A stretch of DNA of 64,000 nucleotides from Hyaloraphidium curvatum SAG 235-1 (GCA_025558095.1 JAIVFI010000030.1:372001-436000), one strand, 5' to 3'; shown: positions 21,801-34,628, counted from the first letter of the stretch. Numbers and translations are program-made. The notes: generated by a model not told the origin, from the sequence alone.

Positions 21801-23796
21801 CCGGCGCTCAAGATGGCCGACGTGGGCTTCGCGATGGGCATCGCGGGCACGGAGGTCGCCAAGGAAGCCTCTTCGATCATTCTCATGGGTAAGGGGCATC
21901 ACTAGTGTTGCGTCGATCCCTGGCTAAGCCCTCCAGATGACAACTTTGCTTCGATCGTCCGCGCCATGATGTGGGGTCGCGCCGTCAACGATTCGGTCAA
22001 GAAGTTCCTCCAGTTCCAGCTCACCGTCAACATCACCGCCGTCACGCTCGCATTCGTTTCCGCCGTCGCCGATGGCAATGAGCAACCTGTTTTGACCGCC
22101 GTCCAGCTCCTTTGGTGGGTGTCTCTTCTCGCTACGCGCCGCGCTGCTGACTGTACATTTCGCACAGGGTCAATCTCATCATGGACACGTGAGTTACTTC
22201 ACCGCACTAGAGCTTTGCGGCGCTAACCTCTTGCCACCAGTCTCGCCGCTCTCGCTCTCGCGACCGAAGAACCAACCGACGAGATCTTGGATCGGCCACC
22301 GCAGGGCAAGGACTCTCCGCTCATCACTTTGAACAGTCGGTTGTTTCGCGGCTCACGACTTCGGGTGGTTGACCCACGCCTCCTACAGTGTGGAAGATGA
22401 TCATGAGCGAGGCTATCTTCCAGATAACTGTCGCGCTTGTCTTCCTCTTCGCCGGCCCGTGGATTTTCGGGTGCGCGGAATTGTTCCTCCATACAGCGAC
22501 GTATCTCACGATGCATCCATTCCAGATTCTCGAACCTTGCGAGCGTTGGCGGTGTCACCACGAACCTCAACACGACGCCGCCGCCGCCCGGATATCCCGG
22601 TGACCAGCAATCATGGTCGGAACTTCTCTACGGCGAAAAGATACAGCTCAAGTCGATCATCTTCAACACATTTGTCTTCATGCAGATGTGGAACATGATC
22701 AAGTGGGTTCCCGGAAAAGGCTGGTGGCACCCTTCGCTAACCGTCGTCGGATCAGCTGCCGTCGTATTGACAGCAAGCTGAACATCTTCTCGGGAATCCA
22801 CCGAAACAAAGCGTTCATCATCATCTTCTTCTTCATCATCGCATGCCAGATCCTCATGTGGGTGCTCCGAGGCTGATTGACGGCACGAGCCTAATTAGTG
22901 GTGGCAGCATGTTCTTTGGCGGCGCTGCATTCAAGGTCAAGAGCCTCACGGGTCCGCAATGGGCCGTTTCAGTCATTGTTGGCCTCTTCTCCCTGCCGGT
23001 TGGGGCCGTCGCCCGCCTCGTGCCGAACGACGTCTTCTTTTTCTGGCTGCGGTGCCTCCCCGAGAACCGCAAGCCGCGGTCCGAGTTCCGGATACAGGAA
23101 CCTATTCCCAAGCTTTCGGACAAGGATCTCGACCCGTTCGCGCCCGCAGCCGGCGATTCGTATTCGTCGAGGCGGTTCTCGGGCCCCCCGGACGGCCGGA
23201 TCTCGCCCGCGGTCAGTAGGCGGTCCGGAGCCAGCGAACTGGAGAAGGCCGCCGCCTCCGCACCGGGCGATCTCTCCTTCTTCCGCAACCTGCGCGGCGG
23301 CCGCATCTACGGCGCGGAGGCGCAGAGCATCATCAGTGCCAAGCACGGCGAGGCGGTCAGCATTCACAGCGGCCGCACCGGCGTCGAGAACAAGGCCGAC
23401 TTCTACGCGACCCCGGCTGTGCGCCGCTGGAACGTCGTCCAGAGCGCAGTGCAGGACGGCACGCTCAGGAGGAAGGTCATCGACCAGGCCAAGGCCAACG
23501 CGGCCAAGGCCGCCTACGCGGCGGGACGGCCGTCCGAGGACGGCGGATCCGCCGGGCCGTCGACCATCAGTCTCAGCGTTTCGGACCACGACGGGCCGAG
23601 CCCGCGCATGTCCCACGTGGTGTTTGCGGCCATGGCCGAGAGGGACAAGGCGCGGATCCAGCAAGCGGCCACCGGAGGGGCGGGCGCGACGCCGCTGACG
23701 GCGCCCGGGTTCACCCCAATGGTCGTGCCGCTGTCTCCGGAGGCGGATGCCGCTGTCAGCAGCGCGGAGGCTGCTGTGGCAGTCAACCCCAAGTGA
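18813..23796 (+). CDS. PMC1: P2B-type calcium-transporting ATPase (PMCA/PMC1), multi-exon
   Basis: [99 protein letters not shown]. Confidence 0.95.
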
Positions 23797-23907
23797 TCTT
23801 AAATCAGCAGCTCTGGAACGTTTCAGCTCAGGAAAGTTTTGGTGGAACCGATGTACATTCTTGGCAATGATGATGGGGGACATCTTTTGCTGTGAACGCG
23901 CCTACAT

Positions 23908-25997
23908 TCACGCCTTCTTCTTGGCCGGCCCGGCGGTCTTGGGTCCGCCCTGGACCAGCGCCGCAAGCAGCCCGTACAGCCCGCCAAAGACGTTCTCCCA
24001 CGTCGCGCCGTACATCATCTCGGTCAGCTTCAGCATGAACCTCGCCGAGTTGCCCTTGATCGGGTAGTTCAGCACGGGCGGGATGTTGTTCCTCACGGCC
24101 GGTATCCTGTCCTCGGTAACGGCGCGCGCGTAGCAGCCCCCGCGGACGCCCTCCTCGCCCGCGAACCTGTCGAACCCGGACCCGCCGACGCCGCCAAAGG
24201 GCAGGCTCTGGCACAGGTAGTTCACGGCAAAGTCGTTGAGGTTGCACATGCCCGTCCGCGTGGCCTCGAGCACGCGGCGGCCCTTGGCCAGGTCCAGGGT
24301 GAAGACGGCGCCGTTGAGGCCGAAGGGGGTCGAGTTGGTGATGCGGACCGCGTCGGCTTCGTCGGTGAAGGGCATGATGGCGTAGATCGGGCCGAAGACC
24401 TCCTCCTGCGCGATGCGCATGGCGGGGGTGACGTCCACGAGGAGGGTCGGGGGGTAGTATTGTCCCTGGCGTACCACGTGAGACAAAATCAACCAGACGG
24501 GCGGCGAAAGCTCACCTTGGGCCACCGCAGGTGGACGGTCCGCTTCCCGCCCACGAGTAGCCTCGCCCCGCTCTTCACCGCGTCGTCCACCAGCTCCTGT
24601 ATCCTATCCAACGAGTGCGGTAGCACCATGGCGCCAACGTCCACCTCGTCTTCGCCCAGCCCGAACCCGAGCGGCGCCCCCTGCCTGAGCTTGGATATCC
24701 GCCCCTCGATCTCGGCCACGAACTTGTCGTAGACCCCGCGCTGCACCAGCACCCTCTCGATCCCGATGCAGTTCTGCCCCGCGTTCTGGAACACCCCCCG
24801 CATGGTGACGTTGAACACCTGGCCCAGGTCCGCGTCGTCGAACACCACCGCGGCGTCCTTGCCGCCCAGCTCCAGGACCACGGGGGTCAGCGTCTCGGCG
24901 GCCTTGGACATGATGGCCTTGCCGACGCCCGACGAGCCGATGAAGGTCATCTTGTCCACGAGGGGGATCAGGGCGGCGCCGGTGGCCGCGTGGCCGGTGC
25001 AGAGGCGGATCAGGTTCTCGGGGAGGCCGGAGGCCTGGAGGGCCGCGCGGAAGAGGTTGCGGAGGAAGGGGAGGGTGAAGGCCGAGTACTGGGCGGACGG
25101 TTGAGTGATCGGACCAGGGCAGCCGGGCGACAGGAAGCCCACCTCCGAGACCTTGATAACACAGGCGTTGCCGCTCGCAATGGCAGCAGTCACGGGTCCA
25201 ATCACGTTGTGGATAGGGTAGTTCCACGACACGATGGCGCCCAGCACGCCGAACGGGACGTAGTCCACGCGCGCGCTTTTGGCCACCGTCATGGGGCCCA
25301 CGGAGCGGTACTCCGGGGCGAGCAGGCGTGGGGTTTCCGCGCGGAGGTACTTGAGCTTGGCGAGGTTGGTCAGGTGCTCTCCGAAGTAGGCGTCGATCAC
25401 TTTTGGTTCGCGTGGGGCACGGGATCAGGGCCGGCGGGATCCGGGTGCCTCGGGCAACCCACAGGTCTTGCCGCTCCCCCTCGCCGAAATCCACGCCACC
25501 TCCTCCCCATGCTCCAGCTCCCACCGCTCCAGCACGCCCAGGAACTTCATCCGCGCCGCCATCCCCTTGCCCGGCATCGCCATGACCTCCTTCTGCGCCT
25601 CCCTGGCCTCGGCCACCATCGCCGGCAGCTCCTCCGGCGGCGTCAGCGCCACGGGCGGCAGCTGGTACCCCGTCGCCGGGTCGAACGGGAACAGCATGTT
25701 GGGCTTGCCCTCCCGCACGATGGAGTGCGGCTTGCCCTTTGGCGGCGCGTTCTTTTCCAGCGCCGCGTCGCCGTCCCAGCTCGGCGACGCCTCCCGCGGG
25801 ATCTCCACGGAGATTTTGGGGAACCGCGGCGGGAAGAGGAAGAGCAGCAGGGGCCGGGCGACGTACTGCGGGCGCGCGGGGTGAGCCGGGACGCGGGGAG
25901 GAAAACGGGAGAGACCGACCGAGACGAGAAGGAACAGCGCTCCGTACGAGAGAATCGCGACGGTCGTCGCCGGGAGCGTGATTTGCAGGTCCTGCAT
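23908..25997 (-). CDS. MSC7: Aldehyde dehydrogenase, MSC7/ALDH22-like, with an N-terminal membrane anchor
   Basis: GAIVSWNYPIHN, FIGSSGVG, LELGGKDA, FQNAGQNCIGIER (catalytic Cys), EEVFGP, LPFGGVGGSGFDRFAGEEG; hydrophobic N-terminus. Confidence 0.8.
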
Positions 25998-26236
25998 GGC
26001 GGCAGACGTGGCAGAGAAGGTGGGTTTTGAGGGAGTTGTGGAGAGCTGCCGAGGTGGCACTACGGCGCTGCGCCCAAACAGGGCGCGGACCCCACCGGCC
26101 GGACGTGGAAGACTGGAAGGCCTCCGGAGCAGGACTACGCGCTTGTTGGATACGCAGAGCAGCTCTATCTTCCCCAATCCAACGAGATCCGTCCCCCTGC
26201 GGACGGCCCTCGCGTCCGCATCCACATCCGACCTCA

Positions 26237-28106
26237 TCACTGACACGCCACCGACGCGTGTATCTGGAGGTAGTAACCCCCCGGGCAGTCCGGGAAGGGG
26301 ATGGACGTGCCGTCGGTGGTCAGCATTCCCGAGGGGCCGTTGATGGTGCCGGTGAGGGGAAAGGAGCCCGGCGCGTCGCCGCCAGCGGGCTGCGCGGCGC
26401 GCGTCAGCGATGAGGCGTGCGCCCAGGGTTCGGGGGCCCACCTGAGTGCACGAAAACAGCACGTGGGCCGAGCTGATTGTCCCCCCGTTCCGCACCGCCA
26501 AGTCGACCGTGATCCCGTCGGCGCGGAGGTCCACGTCCGCCGGTGAGGGGAAAGGAGCCCGGCGCGTCGCCGCCAGCGGGCACCCCGGCCGGCTGCACCC
26601 GGACGTCTGCCCGCTGACAAAGGCGGAGCCGCCGACGACGAGGTCGGCGGTGTAGGTGCCGGGGTCGATCGGGCCTGCGGACACCCGGGCGTCAGCGATC
26701 TGATCTCATTGTCGTGAAGGTGCGCGGCCCACCGATGATGAGAGACCACCGAGTGCCGGACGAGGGCGACCATGGCTCGCCCTGGATCCAGCCAAACCCG
26801 GTTCCATGCGGACGGCGGGGATCAGGGGCACGCTGATCGGGCCGCGAGAGGTGGACCCACGGAAACGCAGTTGCCGGCGGGCGCCTTGGTCGTCGTGGCC
26901 TGCCTCCGGGTCGACGTGCGACGGCGGCTGGTGGTGCGCGGGGCAAGGTCGGTGGCGACTGGAGGTGGGGGAGCGACGGGGCGGGTGGTGGTCCGTCGGT
27001 GGGAGGTGCTGTGCCGGCGGGACGTGGTCTTCACGATCGGGCTGCTGCTGGTCCTGATCGGCCGGGTGGTCGTCTTCACCGGTCGGGTAGTCGTCTTTAT
27101 GATCGGCCGCGTGGTTGTCCTGATGATCGGGCTGCTCGTGGTCACCACAGGTCGGGGCGTCGTCACGACTGGGCTGCGCGGCGTGGTCTTGGGGGCGGCC
27201 GGGGCAGTGGTCTTCCTGACCAGCGCAAAGGTGATCTTGGGCACTACAGCGGTAACCCTGATGCTCGTGCGCCGCTGTGCGGTCGTCGGTGGCCGCGCAG
27301 GCTCGGTGGTGGCGATCGGCAGAAGCACGGCACTCCTGGTCGTCGATCGGCGGGCCGATTGCCCGGGCAGATCGGTGGCCGGCACGACGGGGCGCCGCCG
27401 AGCGGTCGTCTTCCTGGCGTGCCAGCGGTGGTCGGCGGTGCTGGCCCCACGGTGGGGCATGGCTCCCCGGTCGTGACGGAAACGGTCTTGGTGCCCGTCT
27501 CGCGCGAGACTGTCTTTGTCGTGTGCCTGGTCCGCGTGATCCGCGAGGTGGTCGTGCGGGTGCGCCTCGCGATGGGGCAACATGCCTTGCTGCCTTCCTC
27601 GGGAAAGGTGTTGGCAACGAGACCCGAATCCGGCGGGCAGGGAGGGCAGAAGTTGCGTGCGTGCAGCGCGTGCACCTGATCCGTCCCGGAACCCACAAAA
27701 TGGCCAGACTCGGTTGTCGTCCGGGACACGGTGATCGTCGCCAGCACCGTGCGCGTGGTCGTCAGAGTGCTTGCCGACGGGCAGCAGCAGCCTGCGGCGT
27801 AGTCGCAACCGGCGCAGCTGCGGGGAATCGCGCGGTGAGCGAGGCTCCGCGGGCGCTTCCACGGGCCGAGGCGGGGGGGGCCGTGGCCGGAACCCCGTGA
27901 CTTCAAGAAACTCACCACTGCTCGCCGGGGAACCATCCGCCGCCCGATGTGCGGTCCGCCAGGCGATAACGGGCGGGTTGCCCGGCGAAAAAGGATGCTG
28001 GCGGTGCTGCGTTCCCGTCCCTCGGTAGCGCCGCTGCCGCCCCGCAGAGGGCGAAGAAGACGGCAAGTATGGCAGGCAGCGTCGTGGAGGGGACCGCGCC
28101 GCGCAT
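26237..28106 (-). pseudogene. Decayed paralog of the secreted Cys/Thr-rich protein at 29728-31972
   Basis: Same domain order as the paralog, but with a 1-nt frameshift at ~27416 (ACG CC AGG AAG), a splice acceptor reading CAT instead of CAG at 26806, and an out-of-register 43-nt patch at 26539-26581. Confidence 0.65.
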
Positions 28107-28594
28107 GACTACCCGACGAGGTGTGCGGGACCGCCGGTTTTCGGCGATCGGCAGCGCGCTCAGCCAAGGACATCGGACCCTAGGACTACGGGCGGTTGAA
28201 TTTGCGCGGCCGCCGATCGCGCGCGCCCCGAAACCGATCTCGACTTGGCCGGCAGGCTCCTCGTTTGTTGCCTTCCACGCTCAATAGGCCTAGCCTCCCG
28301 GGGCCCTGTGGCCATCTGTGGCCCCGATCCAGGCGGCCGACCTGACCGCCCTCCGAAGCACCTTCGGACCCATCACATCTCACCGCGCGCAGGGAAAACG
28401 GGCCACCGGCACATTCTAATGATGCATATCAGAGCCCGGAGAGACTCCGGTGGGGAGACGACGCGCGCCTGCGGGATGCGACGGTTCAACGACATACAAG
28501 TACATGCACACACTCTCCCAAGTCCAAGATCGGCCGAAACCTACTCCTTACCAGCCGAACCACTTTGGTACAGATCCAATTTTCCGGTTCCAGC

Positions 28595-29397
28595 TCATGA
28601 GCTGGGCACGGTCAGTGTCATGGCGCTGAAGCCGGTGGTCGCCCCCGACGACGGGTCGGTGATACGGGCGACGGCCGAGCCGCCCGAGACGGCAAACTCC
28701 ACCGCGTACGTGCCGCTGAAGTAACTGGCTCCGGTCATGTCGCTCCCTCCGCCCCGGTAGAACAACAGCGGTTTGTTGCCGTCCCATATGAACCCCGTCG
28801 TCGGCTGGGCACCTTCGTTGAAGGTCGCGCCCGCGAGCGACGGGGCAAAGACCGAGGAGGTGAAGATGAGGGTCGTCACGTCGATCGCGAAGTTGAACGA
28901 GCCGGAGACGTCGGACAGGACCCCGCTGGTGCGGAAGGTGCCCGCTTCCTGGCCGCTGTTGAACGAGAAGCTCCAGGTCATGGGCGGCGGCGGGCCGTAC
29001 CGCCCGAACAGCCGGCGCGGGCCCGTTTCCTCGTCGTTTCCGTAATTCACGCACGCCACGGAGCCGGGCGGCGCGCCTTGGTACCCGAACTCGCTGCGCG
29101 GGCCGGTTCCGTGAGCGGCGCCCGGGCTGTGCCGGCGCGGGACGCACCAGAACGAGCCAACGACGTCGTCGCACTCGGTACAGGATCTTTTGAACACGAC
29201 GGCGTTGGGTCGGGGCGGGAGAGGGCTGCGGCGGACCGAGGGGAGCGGGCCGGGGGAGGTGAGCGCGGCCGGAGCGGGCGGGATCCGGCGCACCTCGCCG
29301 CGGCGATGCCGAGGCACGCCGCAAGGGCGGCGAGGATTGCGATCGCGGAAAAGAGACCCATCGCCGGGGGAACGAGGGTGCTGGCGTTTCGTGGCAT
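28595..29397 (-). CDS. Small secreted beta-rich protein of unknown function
   Basis: Signal peptide MGLFSAIAILAALAACLGIAAA (start 29361 or 29397), Kex2-like FKR site, CxxC, two short introns, Gly/Ser/aromatic-rich mature part ending at TGA 28595. Confidence 0.65.
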
Positions 29398-29727
29398 GGC
29401 ACCAAATCTCGGGGGAGGTTTGGTGGGTCCGCGGAGGGAGCTGTGCCGCGCGGATTGTTGCGGAGGTTGAGCCGCCGGTCGATCCAGGACCCTCCGCACT
29501 CGTCCGATCCGCTCCAAAACCCCGAGTGCACAGGCGGGAAACGGCACCGGATGTGCTCGCATGCCAACACGGTCGTTGATTTTCGGTCGGCGCCAGAGGG
29601 ACCTCCGATGATGTCGCGGCCTTCACAACAAGGCGTTGGGTAGCGGCTTCAGAGCAAGATACTAATGTCTCATTTCGCCAATGCATATCATGTCAGTTTA
29701 CAGCTTGCAATCCCCCGACCGCGGCGC

Positions 29728-31972
29728 TCAGCACGCCACGGACGCGTGCACCTGGAGGTAGTAGCCCCCGGGGCAGTCCGGGAACGCGATCGAGGTGCCG
29801 ACCGTCGTGAGCGTGCCCGAGGGGCCGTTGATGTTGCCCCCCAGCGGATACTGTCCCGGCGGGTCGCCGCCCGACGGCTGTGCGGGGACGGCGGGTCAGG
29901 CAAACAGGCACGCACGGCCGCCGACGGCGGGCCCACCATGGTGCACAGGAAGTTGACGTGCGCGTCGGCGATCCTCCCCGAGGCCAGGTCGAACGACACG
30001 GTGATCCCAGTTGTGGTCAGCGCGACGGTGGTGATCCCCGCCACGGTCCCGCAACTCCCCGTGATGGCGCCGGTCGGCGAGCCGGGGTACGGGCACCCGC
30101 TTGTGCCCCCGTTGGCAAACGCCGAGGCGCCGACGACCAGCTCGCCGCCGTAGGTGCCGGGGGAGACGGGGCCGATGATGAAGGACCACCGCGTTGTCGA
30201 GGAGGGGCTCCACGGTTCGGTGGGGAGCCAGCCGAAGGCGGTTCCCTGTGCGGCGGGGGGATCGTTAGCATCCATCGATCGAGCGGCAAGTGAAGGGGGA
30301 ACGCACCGATGTGCACGACCCGCCCTTGGTCGTCGTCGGCACGGCCCTCCTGCTCGTGGTCCGCCGGCGGGTTGTCGGCCTCGGGGCGTCGGTCACGGGC
30401 CCCACGGCGCGGGAGGTCGTGCGCCGCCGGGAGGTGGTGCGACGGCGGGTGGTGGTCTTCCTGCGGGAGGTGGTGGGTACGGGACGGGGGGAGGTCTTGA
30501 CGATCGGGCTGGTCGTCTTGACCACCGGCCGGGTCGTCGTCTTGCGGATGGTCGTCTTGACGATGGGACTGGTGGTCTTGACGATCGGGCTCGTGGTTTT
30601 CACCACCGGGCTCGTGGTCTTGACCGGCGGCGCCGTGGTCCTGATGATGGGCGGTGGCGGGCGGGTGGTGGGGAGGACGATGGGCCGCGGGGTGGTCTTG
30701 ACGATCGGGCTGGTCGTCTTGACCAACGGGCTCGTGGTCTTGACGATGGGGCTCGTGGTCTTGACGACCGGGCTGGTCGTCTTGATGATCGGGCTGGTCG
30801 TCTTGACCAACGGGCTCGTGGTTTTGACGACGGGGCTCGTGGTCTTGACGACCGGGCTCGTGGTCTTGACCGGCGGCGCCGTGGTCCCGATGATGGGCGG
30901 CGGCGGGCGGGTGGTGGGGAGCACGATGGGCCGCGTGGTGGTCTTGACGACCGGGCGCAGGGTGAACAGCTGCGCGGTCCTGCGCGCGGTGGTCGGCACC
31001 ACCGCCGGCGTCGTTTTGCGCAGCGTGGTCTGGCCCGGCAGGTCCGTCGCGAACCCGGGGGTCGTCCTGCGGCGCGAGGTGGTGGCCTTCACGGAGGGAG
31101 GGGCGGTGGTTTCCGGCGGCGGCGGCGGAGGCGGCGGAGGCGGCGGCAGGCACGACCTGGTGGTGGTAATCGTCTTGGTGCCCGCGCGCTGGGTCACGGT
31201 GCGGGTGATTGATTTGGTGCGGGTGATCTTGCGCGTGGTGGTCACCGTCCTGCGGGCGTTGGGGCAGCACGGCTGGCCGCCGTTGTTGTCGTTGGTGTTG
31301 GCGACGAGGCCGGATTCCAGAGGGCAGGCGGGGCACGCGTGTCGCGCAAAGAGGGCGTGCGGCGAGTCCGCGAGGTCCGAGAGATCCGAGGCGGGGTAGT
31401 CGTAGGATGCGGATGCGGAGATCTCGGGGAGATCGTCGTGATCGGCCAGCGCGCGCTCGATGAGCAGCGCGTTTGATCCGACATCGCCGTGATCCGCGGC
31501 CCGCCGGTCCCGCCGCGCCCTCCTCCCCCTCCGCGGGCAGCCTGTGGAAACAGTGGTCGTCCGCGTGACCCACGACGAGGCCAGCGTCCGCGTGGCGGTG
31601 CGCGACACCGTGGCCGTCGAGAGCACCGTTCTCGTTGCGGTGACGGTCGAGTGGCGCGGCGGGCAGCAGCACTCTGCGTCTGTGTAGCTGCAGCCGACGC
31701 AGCTGCGGTGCCCGCGGATCAGCCCGGCGGCGGCGGAAATGGCGCGAAAACGGCGGCGCTCACCAGGTTTCCCCAATAAACCACCCGCCGGCATTCGCCC
31801 GCGCCCGCAGCCCGCCTCCGAGGGCACGGCCGTTCCCGCCCGGCGCGGAAACTTCGGCGGCCTCCCGCGACCCGCCCGGCGCCGCCGCCGCGCACGCCGC
31901 CGCGCCCAGCAGGATCACAAAGATCGCCGCCGTCCGGTCCGCGGCCCCGCGGGGTTCGGCACGCGCGCGCAT
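29728..31972 (-). CDS. Secreted mucin-like protein: signal peptide, Cys clusters, Thr/Lys-rich stalk, globular C-terminal domain
   Basis: IFVILLGAAACAAAA signal; CVGC..CCCP and CPAC..CCP modules; VKTTSP repeats; C-terminal SCTS-GTAFGW...RWSFIIGP..PGTY...AHVNF...PGQYP...YYLQVHASVAC*; three GT-AG introns. Confidence 0.75.
30495..30955 (-). repeat. Coding minisatellite of 21-nt units (VKTTSP[V/I/L]) within a 246-nt higher-order duplication
   Basis: More than 10 near-identical GGTCTTGAC..CGGGCT units; the block RPIVLPTTRPPPPII.TTAPP occurs twice, 246 nt apart. Confidence 0.85.
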
Positions 31973-34610
31973 GTCGGTTTCAAAAGGGGAGCGGCCAGCC
32001 TGGACGATCGCCGACGGTCCGTCGGACCCTAGGTGGCTGCGCGGAACCCTGAATGGCCGGTGCGGCCGCACTATTCCGCGACCGACCGCCGCGAAAGAGT
32101 GCCGGAAGACGGAGCGGACGGAGGGGATTGCGGGGCGGGCAGGCTGGCAGCGGGGCGGCGTGCCGGCGGCGAGATCGGTGGCCGCGCGGGTCCTGGCCAG
32201 CCGGGCGCGGAAATCTTTCCGGTCCGCGCCGGTGCGGCCCGTGAAGCACGACGAGGCCGGCCCCGCCGCACATCCGTGCACCTGGATCGGAAAAAGATGC
32301 CAACATCCTCGCGGTGCCGGAGTTTTCGGCGCCCGCGCGATCCGGAGGGGCGGGGCATCCATTCCTCGTCTCTGGGCCAGGCGGCTACGCAAGCCCGGCG
32401 GTCCATCTCGTCGTGCGGCCGAGAAAGCACCACCGCTATGCCCGACGGATCCCATGCCGGTCTCGGAATGCTCATGATCCCGCGGAACGGATGTCCGTCC
32501 GATCCCATCGCTTCCCCCCCGCACACCGGATCACCCTCGGCGCGAGACCGCACCGCATCTCCGGGCCTGCCCGCCCGTCCGCCGCCCGTCCGCATGTTCC
32601 CCGCGGCGCACCGCCCCCGTCCCCATCCCAACCTCAACCACCCCGTCCCCGGCCCCGCGGCCTCCAAACCTCCCGGAGCTCACTCCCCGCCCCGAAAACA
32701 TCCCCCAGGCCACCCCCGTCTCCCCATGTCCCCCTGCGGCGTCACCGGCACCGCTCTGCCGGCAGCTGCGATCCTCGGCCCGACGGGGATGCACCCCCCC
32801 TGTTCCCCAGCCTTCGGGTCTCCGAGGTCCGATATCGGACATTTCGCAGGCGGAAAAAACGCCACCGAACCCGGGCCCATCGGGCCCCGCACCCTCCCGG
32901 ACCCATTTTCAGGGCTCCATCCGCCTTCCTCGGGCCGGACCGGCCGGCTTGCCTGCCGGCCGTGTGCGCGCGGGGCGTTGACGTTGCGCTCCCGAGAAGC
33001 CACGGAAATCAGTCAGTCAAGCGCGCGCGGGTCCAGGCCCCGCCCGGACGGGCGGGGCGGCCGAATTGGCCGACGAAAAAGGTGCGTCCCGCGACGGTTG
33101 ACGGGAGCGCGGAGCCCGGGATGGAGGGAGGGTGGGTTCCGGCGGGGGGATCGGGGGGTGGCAGCCAGAGGACCCTTGGGACGCCGCGCCGCCCGCCCGA
33201 CAACCGGCATCGGCCCGCACGCCGGAACCCATGCTGCACCAAGCATCGCACACCGTTGTGTAGGTCGCTTTCCTTCCCCATTTCGGCCGGCTGGCTCGCC
33301 ATCCGGCCGTTTCGAGGGTGCGAGCTATGACCTGACGTCACCCGGCTTCCCGGCTTCCCGGTGCCTCCGCGCCCGGCGCGCGGCCGTGCGTCGGAGGGGG
33401 CCGGTACGTGCGTCCAAGGGGCATGTGAAGGCAGCGCGGGATGTTCCGGAGCTCCGGGGGCCCGCGAAGCGGAGGCGGTCGGGGGCCCGCGGGATCCTGG
33501 AAATCGGGTTCAGCCTGCGGGACGTCCGGCCGCCCGGTGCGCGGACGGGCGATGCGGGGCAAAGACGCGGGAGGGCGTTCGGAAATGAGTCGGGGAGGCG
33601 GGATTTAGGGGCGGAGGCGGGGTGGGCCGGGGCGTGGCCGGACCGGTCGGGGGGGAAGTCCGAACGGCCACGACGAGCCGGTCGGGGATTACCCGGTTCG
33701 GAGGCCCGTTCCGACGCGGGGAGGGATCATGCGGAAGTCCGCGGCGCGGAAAGAGAGCCTTTTGATGGCCATCAACCCCGCATCGCACCGGCGCGGGGAT
33801 CGGATGCATCGCCCCGCGCCCGTTCCGCGGTGCCTCCAGGGGCTGGATCGCCGGGTTGCAGGCGCCCGCGCCCGCGAGGTCACCCGTCACCTGCCGACCG
33901 GCCAACGGCGCCCCGCCACCGCGCTTCGGGGACGGCACCGGCGCAGGCTTCCGCCCGCGGTGGGTGTCGCGGCGGGGGCAGGAGGGCGGGCGGCGGCGCG
34001 ATTCTGACCGCGGTGCCATTCCGCAGAGGCACCGGACGGGGGGCAGGGCAGAGCGAGACAAGCGAGCCCGGGACGCCCGTTCCGGAAGCAGGCACCGCGA
34101 GAGACCGCCCTCCGCTCGCCCGGAACCGGACCTCGCAGCGCCCTCGAGGGGGCACATGGCCGCGAAAGTTGAGAGCCCCGACCGCACGCCGTCGCCGCCG
34201 GTCACGCCGCCAGACACCGCGGGGAGCCCGGGAGAGCCGATGTCCTCGCCGCTGTGGGGCGAGGCGAGGTCGTGGGCGCCGGTGGTGGGCGCCCGGGCGG
34301 GGGTCGACCCCGCCGGGGGATTGGTCGGCCCTGATGGGGAGCCGGAGGCCGGCAGCGGCGGCAGGCGGGGCGGCAAGGAGCCGCAACACGGTCTGCCGGG
34401 GGTAGGGAACCGCGGCGGGCGCGAGACCGGCCACCAGGACGGCGAGGAGCAGCAGGTGGGTGCGAGGCCTGATCGAGGGCGCTGCTGGGGCCGTGGGGCG
34501 ACACCGGCCGCTGGGGATGGGCCACGGGTGTCTGCTGGGTGCCCCCCTTACCTCTGGGAGAGCGATGCGCCTCATTCGGGAGGGCAGCCCGGGGGTGGTT
34601 CTGACGTGGC

Positions 34611-34628
34611 CTAGGTTTGCAAACCTAG
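34611..34628. promoter_or_regulatory. Perfect 18-bp palindrome upstream of the zinc-finger gene
   Basis: CTAGGTTTGCAAACCTAG is its own reverse complement and ends ~105 bp 5' of the ATG at 34734. Regulatory function is inferred only. Confidence 0.35.

Noticed and set aside
30495-30955. Regular short repeats as a possible CRISPR array
   Set aside because: Contiguous 21-nt coding units without unique spacers, in a eukaryotic gene, with no cas genes.
30290-31399. Very hydrophobic plus-strand ORF (VVLTTGL repeats) resembling a membrane protein
   Set aside because: Antisense reading of the VKTTSP repeat; the minus strand has the signal peptide, splice sites and paralog support.
32033-34405. 790-aa plus-strand ORF
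   Set aside because: Arg/Pro/Gly/Ala-rich composition typical of chance ORFs in GC-rich DNA; no domain and no codon pattern like the real genes.
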